In this document: one piece after another, positions 39,973 through 47,010 of the stretch
Layout of the letters: the number at the start of each line of letters is the position of its first letter
How positions within the stretch are numbered: position 1 is the stretch's first letter
Assembly: GCA_041917695.1 (NCBI GenBank)
Contig: JAYRXE010000037.1
Coordinates: 434,582 to 498,581 of the forward strand
Direction of reading: 5' to 3'
Length of the DNA stretch: 64,000 nt
From: Minisyncoccota bacterium
GTDB lineage: Bacteria; Patescibacteriota; Minisyncoccia; UBA6257; GWB1-50-10
Notes under the pieces: model-generated
Databases searched by the model: none
Told to the model about the DNA's origin: nothing
The model's input: the letters and a program-made list of their open reading frames with translations, nothing else
Program-made: the position numbers and the translations under genes

Positions 39973-40878
39973 TTAGATATGCAGATACCGGCGGATGGCG
40001 ATCACCGAGGAGACAATGCCGAGACCAATGCCGAAAAGGACTTGATAGAAGAAGAGTGAGACGAAATGGCTCTTGAAATACCCCATGAGGGAAACTTCGG
40101 GAATGAAATTTGAAATATAGGGCGACGTGAAGCTCAGAATGGGGATGAAAAGCAGGAAGCTGGCGATTGCTCCGATGACGCCATAGAGGATGCCGTTCAC
40201 GATGTACGGACCGCGGATGAAATTATTTGAAGCGCCCACGAGCCGCATCACGGCGAGCTCCTCGCTGTTCGAAAAGATGGCGAGACGGATGGTGTTAAAG
40301 GTAATCATGATGGCGAGGAATGAGAGGAAAAAGGTAAGCACTGCTCCCCCGCTTTTGATGGTGTCCACAAAGGCGATGAGGCGGTCGATGACCAAATGGT
40401 TTTGCGCATAGGTAACCTTTTCAATCTGGTCCTTGAACGCGGGCTTATCGAGATAGGCGGCGATGGAGCTATAGTGGCGGGGATCCTGCGCCTTGATGTT
40501 CAAGGACGCGAGCAGAGGGTTCTCCTCGAGCTGGTCGAGCGTCTCGGTTATCACCGGATCGTTTTTGTGCTGTTCACGGAACACGACGAGTGCCTCGTCG
40601 CGGGAAATGTATTGCACGCTTTTCACCTCTTCCAATCCTTCAAGCGAACGTTTGATGTTCAAAATCGAATCTTCGGCGACATTCGTCTTAAAATAGACGC
40701 TCACGTCGATCTTGTCCTGGATTGCCGCGACGGCGCCATTCGAGAGGACATTGAAAATGATGAGCCCCTCGAAGACGACGAGCGCGAGGACCATGATGCT
40801 GATGGTCGAGGCCGAAAGCCATGCGTTCCGAAGGAAGCTGTTGATGCCGTATTTGAAAATGCGAAGGAGTTTTACCAT
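39973..40878 (-). CDS. ftsX: Cell division ABC-transporter permease FtsX
   Basis: Four TM helices and a large periplasmic loop, with ftsE immediately upstream. Confidence 0.9.
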   Translation of the reverse strand: MVKLLRIFKYGINSFLRNAWLSASTISIMVLALVVFEGLIIFNVLSNGAVAAIQDKIDVSVYFKTNVAEDSILNIKRSLEGLEEVKSVQYISRDEALVVFREQHKNDPVITETLDQLEENPLLASLNIKAQDPRHYSSIAAYLDKPAFKDQIEKVTYAQNHLVIDRLIAFVDTIKSGGAVLTFFLSFLAIMITFNTIRLAIFSNSEELAVMRLVGASNNFIRGPYIVNGILYGVIGAIASFLLFIPILSFTSPYISNFIPEVSLMGYFKSHFVSLFFYQVLFGIGLGIVSSVIAIRRYLHI

Positions 40879-40884
40879 AAAAAT

Positions 40885-41568
40885 TTAACCGATAATGAAA
40901 CGCCCGTTTTGTTCGTCCTTTACCAAGCTGCCATGCTCGAGCGTGATAACGCGCTCTCCCAGGGTATTCACGATTTCCTTGTCATGGGTCGCGAGGATGA
41001 CGGTACTTCCCAGTTCGTTGATTTTCGTGAGCAATTTGATGACTTCCCAGGTATTGAACGGATCGAGGTTCCCGGTGGGCTCGTCCGCGATGATGACGTC
41101 GGGACGGTTGATCATGGCGCGGGCAATGGCAACGCGCTGCTTCTCGCCGCCCGAAAGCTCCGTGGGGAAATTGTGCGCTTTGTCTTTCAGCCCCACCATT
41201 TCGAGTACCTGGGGCACGAGCTCGTTGATTTCCGTCTGGGTACGACCCTCCACCTCAAGCGCGAAAGCGACGTTCTCAAAAGCCGTCTTTTTGGGAAGAA
41301 GCCTGAAATCCTGGAAAATGACGCCGATATGCCGGCGGTATTCCGGCATTTCGCCGGACCGGAGCTTTGAAACCTCGTAGGGACCGAAGAAAATCTGGCC
41401 CTTGGTGGGTTTTTCCTCCCCGATGAGAAGCTTGATGATAGTCGATTTTCCCGCCCCTGAACGGCCGACGAGCGAGACGAATTCGTTCGGCTGTATCTTA
41501 AAGCTTACTTTGTCCAAGGCTACCGTATCGTGATTGTAAGTCTTCGTGACGTTCTGGAAGATAATCAT
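40885..41568 (-). CDS. ftsE: Cell division ATP-binding protein FtsE
   Basis: Walker A GRSGAGKST, signature LSGGEKQRV and Walker B VIIADEPTGNLD. Confidence 0.9.
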   Translation of the reverse strand: MIIFQNVTKTYNHDTVALDKVSFKIQPNEFVSLVGRSGAGKSTIIKLLIGEEKPTKGQIFFGPYEVSKLRSGEMPEYRRHIGVIFQDFRLLPKKTAFENVAFALEVEGRTQTEINELVPQVLEMVGLKDKAHNFPTELSGGEKQRVAIARAMINRPDVIIADEPTGNLDPFNTWEVIKLLTKINELGSTVILATHDKEIVNTLGERVITLEHGSLVKDEQNGRFIIG

Positions 41569-41638
41569 GGGTGTTGCTCTAGAGTCTCAAAAAAGATTGC
41601 GCTTCACACGCAGATGAAGCCATTATACACGATACGGT

Positions 41639-42343
41639 TTACGGCAACAAATCGAGATTCCCTTCCAGCACCTCTTCAACCTTCGTGATTTTCTCCCCCG
41701 TCTTGTGGTCTTTCACTTGCTTGTACGGATGGAGCACGTACGAACGGATCTCGTGGCCCCATTCGGGTTTCACCTTGGTCTTCAAATTTCTCACTTCGGT
41801 TTCATGCTTCTCCTTCATAAGCTCAATGAGCTTCGTTTTTAGGATTTCCATCGCCCGTTCGCGGTTTGCGCTTTGGCTCCGTTCGGCCTGCGAGAGAATG
41901 ACAACGCCGGTCGGCACGTGCACCACGCGCACAGCGGTCTCCACCTTGTTCACGTTCTGCCCGCCCGGACCGGATGAGCGCGTGAACTCGATTTTCAAAT
42001 CGCTTTCGGGAATCTGCAGTTTTGATGTCTCGACCGGCGGAAGCACCGGCAGGATTTCGACGAGGGCGAATGAGGTATGGCGGAGCTTTTTTGCGTCGAA
42101 GGGAGAGATGCGTACCAGCCGGTGGACGCCGTATTCCCCCCGGAGACGCTCATACGACCCCTCACCCTTAATCTCGAGGGTATTGTCGTTCACCGCCCGC
42201 CACTTCCACTTTTTCAGTTCGGTAAAACGCATATACATCTTGAGGAGCATCCCCGCCCAGTCTTTGGCATCGTCGCCACCCGCGCCGGCAAAAACCGTCA
42301 CATACGCGCCGTTCTTCTTTGCTTCGGGAGGCGTGAAACTCAT
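41639..42343 (-). CDS. prfB: Peptide chain release factor 2, naturally truncated (domains 2-4 only; no domain 1, no +1 frameshift site)
   Basis: The RF2-specific SPF tripeptide sits in RLVRISPFDAKKLRHTSF, and the GGQ motif in SSGPGGQNVNKVETAVRVVHVPTG. The first ATG (MSFTPPEAKKNGAYV) aligns to about residue 108 of E. coli RF2. The track's longer TTG-initiated extension runs through a terminator hairpin and is rejected. Confidence 0.8.
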   Translation of the reverse strand: MSFTPPEAKKNGAYVTVFAGAGGDDAKDWAGMLLKMYMRFTELKKWKWRAVNDNTLEIKGEGSYERLRGEYGVHRLVRISPFDAKKLRHTSFALVEILPVLPPVETSKLQIPESDLKIEFTRSSGPGGQNVNKVETAVRVVHVPTGVVILSQAERSQSANRERAMEILKTKLIELMKEKHETEVRNLKTKVKPEWGHEIRSYVLHPYKQVKDHKTGEKITKVEEVLEGNLDLLP

Positions 42344-42380
42344 GAGTCTCACTGTACCAGGAATGCGTAAAAAATAAAAA

Positions 42381-42410
42381 AGCCCACGAATGGGCTTAGA
42401 TGACAACGCA
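42381..42410 (-). terminator. Rho-independent terminator after the AT-rich ORF, immediately upstream of truncated prfB
   Basis: aagcccattcgtgggctt forms a hairpin, followed on the minus strand by ttttttatttttt. Confidence 0.55.
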
Positions 42411-42827
42411 CGCAAAATTGCCGAAAGCGCTTGGCATCAGAAGAATCCACAATGATGAATCCAGTTTATCTGCATGAGTGGCTAGGCAAAAATTTTTGAT
42501 ATCTTCCAGGACTGCATTCTTCCTTTCCTCAAGATTTATTTTTCTCTCGGGATAATCATGCGCGAGAACCAGGATTTCAATCACCTGGGAATGTACGTCC
42601 ATTTTTTTATGTTGCCGAGGCTTTACCTTGATATCTTCGGGCTTGAGGAAGCCTTCCTTTCCTTCTTCCGTTGAGACGGAAAGATGCTTGGAAAGCGTTA
42701 CGGGAAGAAAGCGTGCGAGTTCCTCTGCATCTCCCTTTGCTGATTCCTCGTAGAACATGAATACGTACGGCATTCGAACTCCTTTTTTAAATTTGAAATA
42801 CTGGCTATGTTTTATAGTAAATTCCAC
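42396..42827 (-). CDS. Hypothetical protein (AT-rich island)
   Basis: A 143-aa ORF with low-GC codon usage and its own terminator. No recognisable family, and no similarity to RF2 domain 1. Confidence 0.45.
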   Translation of the reverse strand: MEFTIKHSQYFKFKKGVRMPYVFMFYEESAKGDAEELARFLPVTLSKHLSVSTEEGKEGFLKPEDIKVKPRQHKKMDVHSQVIEILVLAHDYPERKINLEERKNAVLEDIKNFCLATHADKLDSSLWILLMPSAFGNFACVVI

Positions 42828-42862
42828 CAGGAGTCAATTATCCCTAAAAAGAAGAGCCGCAA

Positions 42863-43279
42863 CTATGCGGCTTTCAAAGTATATATCCTTACCTGCTTCA
42901 AATCCCACCAACGACCCTGCCCATTATCAAAAAGAATGCGAGGATCTTTGATCCCTAAATACCTCTCTAATTCCTCAAAGAACGCGGGAGATGAAATGAA
43001 GATGGATGAACTATTCTTATCAGAAAAAAGAGGGCTATCCGCATCTATCTTACCATCCCTGATTACATTAGGGTTCTCAAGCCATAAACCTAATCGATAG
43101 GAAAAAGAGCGCTCTTCTTTCTGGAAAGTAAAATAGAGTTCATCGACCTCGGGAAGAAGGACGGGAATCACTGTCTTAAACATGGACTGACTCATGCCTC
43201 CCCCTCCTCGAATAGAGGATAAAAAAACAGGACAATTATTGATGAGATAAATCACCGCTTCCTTGTGCGAAGTTATCAT
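42863..43279 (-). CDS. Hypothetical protein (AT-rich island)
   Basis: A 138-aa ORF with low-GC codon usage and its own terminator (agccgcaactatgcggct plus a minus-strand T-run at about 42851-42885). Confidence 0.45.
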   Translation of the reverse strand: MITSHKEAVIYLINNCPVFLSSIRGGGGMSQSMFKTVIPVLLPEVDELYFTFQKEERSFSYRLGLWLENPNVIRDGKIDADSPLFSDKNSSSIFISSPAFFEELERYLGIKDPRILFDNGQGRWWDLKQVRIYTLKAA

Positions 43280-43380
43280 TATGCTTCTCCAATAAGTTAT
43301 TAAATTTACTGGATATAAAATAAAATATTTATTAACTTATGTCAAAGTAATTATTCTCTACAATCGAACAATCCGCCGAA

Positions 43381-43596
43381 TGCGCCACTTCGGAATCTCA
43401 TGTCGCTTAAAATACCACTTCAGGAATCTCACAAAATTCCGTATCCACGGAATTTTTTTGAACCCCTCGGTTCCAATTATTCGCTTCGCGAATCCTACGT
43501 CTTGGAAAAACAAGTGTTTTTCCACCGCCTTTTCCCTTCGATTCCGAAATGCTACAGATGTAAAAATACCGTCATAAGACGGTATTTTTACATCTG
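43381..43596 (-). repeat. tRNA-associated structured repeat element, copy 2 (downstream of tRNA-Thr; diverged)
   Basis: A 17-bp perfect hairpin gatgtaaaaataccgtc-ataa-gacggtatttttacatc abuts the tRNA 3' end. It shares blocks with copy 1 (cggaatcgaag, cgaagcga, aaccgaggggttc). It ends in two degenerate copies of the tRNA-Thr 3' end (ccacttcaggaatctca and gccacttcggaatctcatgtcgc). Confidence 0.6.
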
Positions 43597-43669
43597 AGCC
43601 ACTTCCCGGAATCGAACCGGGGACCTTTGCTTTACGAAAGCACTGCTCTACCAGCTGAGCTAAAGTGGC
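43597..43669 (-). tRNA. tRNA-Thr (anticodon CGU)
   Basis: The minus strand reads GCCACTT-TA-GCTC-AGCTGGTA-GAGC-A-GTGCT-TTCGTAA-AGCAA-AGGTC-CCCGG-TTCGATT-CCGGG-AAGTGGC-T. Confidence 0.85.
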
Positions 43670-43671
43670 TT

Positions 43672-43884
43672 TTATTCGGAATCCTCCTCCAATTCCTCCT
43701 TAAGACTTATAAACTCATTCTCGGCTTTTTTCAACCGTTCGCGCGCCGTCTTCACGAGCGCTACCCCCTCCTTGAACTTCTCAAGTCCCTTCTCGACGTC
43801 CACGTCCTTCGAATTCAAATCCGCGACGATCTTATCGAGCTTCGCAAGGACGTCCTTCAGGTTTTCTTTTTCTTTGGCCGGCAT
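43672..43884 (-). CDS. xseB: Exodeoxyribonuclease VII small subunit
   Basis: A 70-aa helical protein (LEKFKEGVALVKTARERLKKAENEF) immediately downstream of xseA. Confidence 0.85.
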   Translation of the reverse strand: MPAKEKENLKDVLAKLDKIVADLNSKDVDVEKGLEKFKEGVALVKTARERLKKAENEFISLKEELEEDSE

Positions 43885-43886
43885 AG

Positions 43887-45086
43887 TTATGCTTCAGTTC
43901 CTTCGACGCGGGTTTTTACGCTTCCCTTCCGCAGGCGGATGGAGAGGCGGTCCCCGGGCGCCACATCTGCGGCAGCGCGGATAATCGAAGAGTTCTCATT
44001 ATAGACCAAGGCATATCCTTTTTCCAAAATCCCCTCTGGGTTCAGGAATCCGAGGGCGGAATCGAAGGAATCCACCTTCGCACGCAGCTCAGCCAAGGTG
44101 CGGGTATAGAAATTCCCCGCAATGGAAAGCTTTTCTTCGACCGCGGCAAACGCGGCAAAGACGCGCCCCGCCGCGCCGATAAGATAATTCCCCCGCGACA
44201 GGATGCCGTGGCGCAATTCAAAGATGAGCGAGGCGTAGGCGACCTCCAAACGCTCCCCCAGGCGCTTCACGAATTCGAAGAGACGGTCATACTCTTCGCA
44301 CAAGAACTTGGCGACTGCCGTGGGCGTCGAAAAATCGCGATCCGAAACGAAGCCGGCGATTGTCTCGTCCGTCTCGTGCCCGATGCCCGTGAGGACCGGC
44401 ACCTTGGACGCCACGATAGCCTCGGCGACCGCTTCGCTGTTGAACGCCTTCAAGCTTTCAAGCGAGCCGCCCCCGCGGATAAGCGCAATCACTTCCGGGG
44501 GCTTTGCAAGGCGGTTAAACGCCTCAAGGGCGCGGATGATGGAACCCTCCGCCTCGTCCCCTTCCACTCGCGCGTCTGCCACCAAAACCTTGAAACCGTG
44601 CTTGCCGAGGTTTTTTCGGAAATCCTCGATGACCGCCCCGTGGGTGGAAGTAACAACCCCTATCACCCGGACGAATTTCGGTATGGCGCGCTTCCGGTCG
44701 GCATCAAAATATCCTTTTTCAGCAAGCCTTTTTTTGAGCTCTTCAAACGCTTTTTTGAGCGCGCCTTCCCCGACGGGAACGACCGACTCGGCGAGGAAGG
44801 AAAACTTTCCGCCTTCCCACAATTTCGCCTCACCCCGAAGCTCGACCTCCAGGCCGTTCTCGATGAGGTGGCGGTATTTCGGCAGGCGGAATTTCCACAC
44901 CCAGCATTGCAGGACGTGCTTCCCCGAATCGGCATCCTTCAAATCGAAATAGACGTGGCCCGAAGGCGATGCCTTTACGTTCGCAATTTCACCGCGCACG
45001 GCATGCCCGCCCTCCCGTTTCAGGGCGACATTCACATATTCGATGAATTCCGAAACGGAAAAGACGGCCTGGGGAATCGTTGCCAT
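43887..45086 (-). CDS. xseA: Exodeoxyribonuclease VII large subunit
   Basis: An N-terminal OB fold (VSEFIEYVNVALKREGGHAVRGEIANVKASPSGHVYFDLKD) is followed by a catalytic domain with GIGHETDET. Confidence 0.9.
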   Translation of the reverse strand: MATIPQAVFSVSEFIEYVNVALKREGGHAVRGEIANVKASPSGHVYFDLKDADSGKHVLQCWVWKFRLPKYRHLIENGLEVELRGEAKLWEGGKFSFLAESVVPVGEGALKKAFEELKKRLAEKGYFDADRKRAIPKFVRVIGVVTSTHGAVIEDFRKNLGKHGFKVLVADARVEGDEAEGSIIRALEAFNRLAKPPEVIALIRGGGSLESLKAFNSEAVAEAIVASKVPVLTGIGHETDETIAGFVSDRDFSTPTAVAKFLCEEYDRLFEFVKRLGERLEVAYASLIFELRHGILSRGNYLIGAAGRVFAAFAAVEEKLSIAGNFYTRTLAELRAKVDSFDSALGFLNPEGILEKGYALVYNENSSIIRAAADVAPGDRLSIRLRKGSVKTRVEGTEA

Positions 45087-45088
45087 AG

Positions 45089-45319
45089 TTATTCCTTCCG
45101 GCGCGTGAGAATATAATCGTTATTTTCCTTGTACCACAAGGTATAGTTTCGTCCGGCCTTATCCTCAAACTCGCACGACTTCGTGCGTGCGCGCCGGGCC
45201 GCTTCAAAAAAAACCTTCGCCTCGACCGGCTCAAGGCGTTCGCGAAGATGGTACAGCCCCTCTTTCGCGTCGTCCTCGTACTGGAGGTCGAAGTTGAAAA
45301 GCGTCGTCTTTTTAACCAT
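45089..45319 (-). CDS. Small hypothetical protein (76 aa)
   Basis: A 2-nt gap separates it from xseA. No recognisable family. Confidence 0.4.
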   Translation of the reverse strand: MVKKTTLFNFDLQYEDDAKEGLYHLRERLEPVEAKVFFEAARRARTKSCEFEDKAGRNYTLWYKENNDYILTRRKE

Positions 45320-45326
45320 GAGATGA

Positions 45327-45860
45327 TTATACCTCGGTCTTGTGAGCGAGAAAGTCCTTCCCGAAAGCCTTCAGCGAATAGTAGCCCGCGAAGGCAAGGA
45401 AAAAACCTGCAAGGACATCCATCGGCCATTCGACGCCCGAAGCGATTCGCGAGAGGGACACCAGGATCGCGGAAATGAAAAAAATGTTCGCACGATGCGG
45501 GCGGGCATAGAGAACGGCAAACGCCATGGCAAACATGACAACCGCCGTAAGCGACGGGAATGATGTCCCCAAAGCGGTGAAAACCGGCTCAAAACCCAGC
45601 GTTTCATACGGCCTCGGACGTGACGAAAAAAACCTAATGGCGGTGCCGGCGACACCCGCCGAAAGGACGAGCAGAAGCGCCGTAAAAAGGGAATACCGCA
45701 CGCGCTTTCGGCGGTCCTTTTCGCGCAAATAGACGATGAAAAGCAGGAACGCCACCGCCCACGGAAAATACACCGAAAAGAAAAGCGCGATGAATTTCAA
45801 AAAAGAAAAGCGCTCGAGAAACGAGTGGATGAGCTCGAAGAGAAGAAGATCGAGCGCCAT
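45327..45860 (-). CDS. PAP2-family membrane phosphatase (undecaprenyl-diphosphatase/phosphatidate phosphatase-like)
   Basis: The PAP2 motifs SFPS and SRIASGVEWPMDV are present, with multiple TM helices. Confidence 0.75.
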   Translation of the reverse strand: MALDLLLFELIHSFLERFSFLKFIALFFSVYFPWAVAFLLFIVYLREKDRRKRVRYSLFTALLLVLSAGVAGTAIRFFSSRPRPYETLGFEPVFTALGTSFPSLTAVVMFAMAFAVLYARPHRANIFFISAILVSLSRIASGVEWPMDVLAGFFLAFAGYYSLKAFGKDFLAHKTEV

Positions 45861-45869
45861 GGAGGGGGC

Positions 45870-46085
45870 TTATTTCCGGGTAAACGGCATCAGGCCGAAC
45901 GCGCGGGAACGCTTGATCGTCTTCGCGAGATTGCGCTGATGGCTCGCGCACACGCCCGTGTGGCGGGGATCGATGATCTTCCCCTGGGCCGAAATGAATC
46001 GGCGGAGAAGCTCTACGTTCTCGTGGTCGATCTGCTGGACGTTCTGCGAGCAGAAAAAGCACTGTTTGGGGGCTTTGCTGGGCAT
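45870..46085 (-). CDS. rpsR: 30S ribosomal protein bS18
   Basis: CFFCSQNVQQIDHENVELLRRFISAQGKIIDPRHTGVCASHQRNLAKTIKRSRAFGLMP matches bS18. Confidence 0.9.
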   Translation of the reverse strand: MPSKAPKQCFFCSQNVQQIDHENVELLRRFISAQGKIIDPRHTGVCASHQRNLAKTIKRSRAFGLMPFTRK

Positions 46086-46089
46086 AATT

Positions 46090-46557
46090 TTAGAATGGAA
46101 TATCCTCTGATTTGATTTCGTCGTCGATGTTTATTTCGGGAAAGGCATCGTCCTTCATCTCGTCCGGCGAGAAGGCCGGTTCCTGGTCGCGGAAATTATC
46201 CGCATCGCCTCCCGCAGGCGAACCGCCGGAATTGCGCGGACCAAGTTGCATCCGTTCAGCCACAACTTCCGTCACCTTGCGGTTCTTGCCTTCCTTGTCC
46301 GTCCACGAACGGCTCTGCAACCTCCCCTCGAAGAACGCGGAGCTTCCGCGCTTCAAAAACTGGTTTGCGATTTCCGCCTGGCGGCCCCACAGGATGATGG
46401 TGTGGAACTCCGTCTTCTTTTGTTTGTCTCCCGTGCGCGAAGTAAAAAAGCTGTTGGTCGCAATCGAAACCGTGCACACCGACTGTCCGGTCGGCGTTTG
46501 GCGGAATTCGGGATCCCTGGTCAGGTTTCCCATGAGGAAGACTTTATTGATATTCAC
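46090..46557 (-). CDS. ssb: Single-stranded DNA-binding protein
   Basis: An OB fold (VFLMGNLTRDPEFRQTPTGQSVCTVSIATN...WTDKEGKNR), a disordered Gly-rich tail and the C-terminal DIPF. GTG start. Confidence 0.9.
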   Translation of the reverse strand: MNINKVFLMGNLTRDPEFRQTPTGQSVCTVSIATNSFFTSRTGDKQKKTEFHTIILWGRQAEIANQFLKRGSSAFFEGRLQSRSWTDKEGKNRKVTEVVAERMQLGPRNSGGSPAGGDADNFRDQEPAFSPDEMKDDAFPEINIDDEIKSEDIPF

Positions 46558-46561
46558 GGTC

Positions 46562-46990
46562 TTATTGTAATATTTCCTCTATCTTTTTCTCAAGGGCCTC
46601 GTTCGAGAGCTCCGTATGGAACTTGCGCGGAGCGCCCTTTTCCCCTCCCCTCCGGCGGGCCTTGGCGCGCGCCACCTCCTCCGGATCCTGGCGCTTTTCC
46701 TCGATAACCGGAGGCTTTATGAGGACCATAACGCGGAGGATTTCGGGCTCGAATTTCAATCCGGCCGAGATCTTTTGGGAGGGATTACCGGTTGCGTTGA
46801 AAAAAATGTTCCCGGAAAAGGCGAACTGCTGTTTCTTAATGGGGTAGGCCAGGCGCACCTTGGCGAATTCCGGCACGTGCGTCACTTCCCCGCCGCTTTT
46901 CTCGACGAGTGCCCGCGCGCGCGCTCCGCTTTCTTCAAGCGTGAGAAACGACGCGACGTATTCTTTTTTGATCTGTTCGTTGGTCTCCAT
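46562..46990 (-). CDS. rpsF: 30S ribosomal protein bS6
   Basis: RLAYPIKK matches the S6 motif R(Q)LAYPI(N)K. It sits in the conserved rpsF-ssb-rpsR arrangement and has an extended basic C-terminal tail. Confidence 0.8.
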   Translation of the reverse strand: METNEQIKKEYVASFLTLEESGARARALVEKSGGEVTHVPEFAKVRLAYPIKKQQFAFSGNIFFNATGNPSQKISAGLKFEPEILRVMVLIKPPVIEEKRQDPEEVARAKARRRGGEKGAPRKFHTELSNEALEKKIEEILQ

Positions 46991-47010
46991 GTACGGGGTG
47001 AAGGATATAG

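Noticed and set aside
42344-42415. A longer prfB start (TTG, MRALSSKPIRGLFYFL...) as given by the ORF track.
   Set aside because: The extension reads straight through the intrinsic terminator hairpin of the upstream gene and adds no RF2-like sequence. The first ATG at 42343 is preferred.
41639-42830. A programmed +1 frameshift site (CUU UGA C) or a separately encoded N-terminal domain for RF2.
   Set aside because: No such motif lies upstream of the RF2 body in any frame. The upstream ORF (42396-42827) is compositionally foreign and not RF-like.
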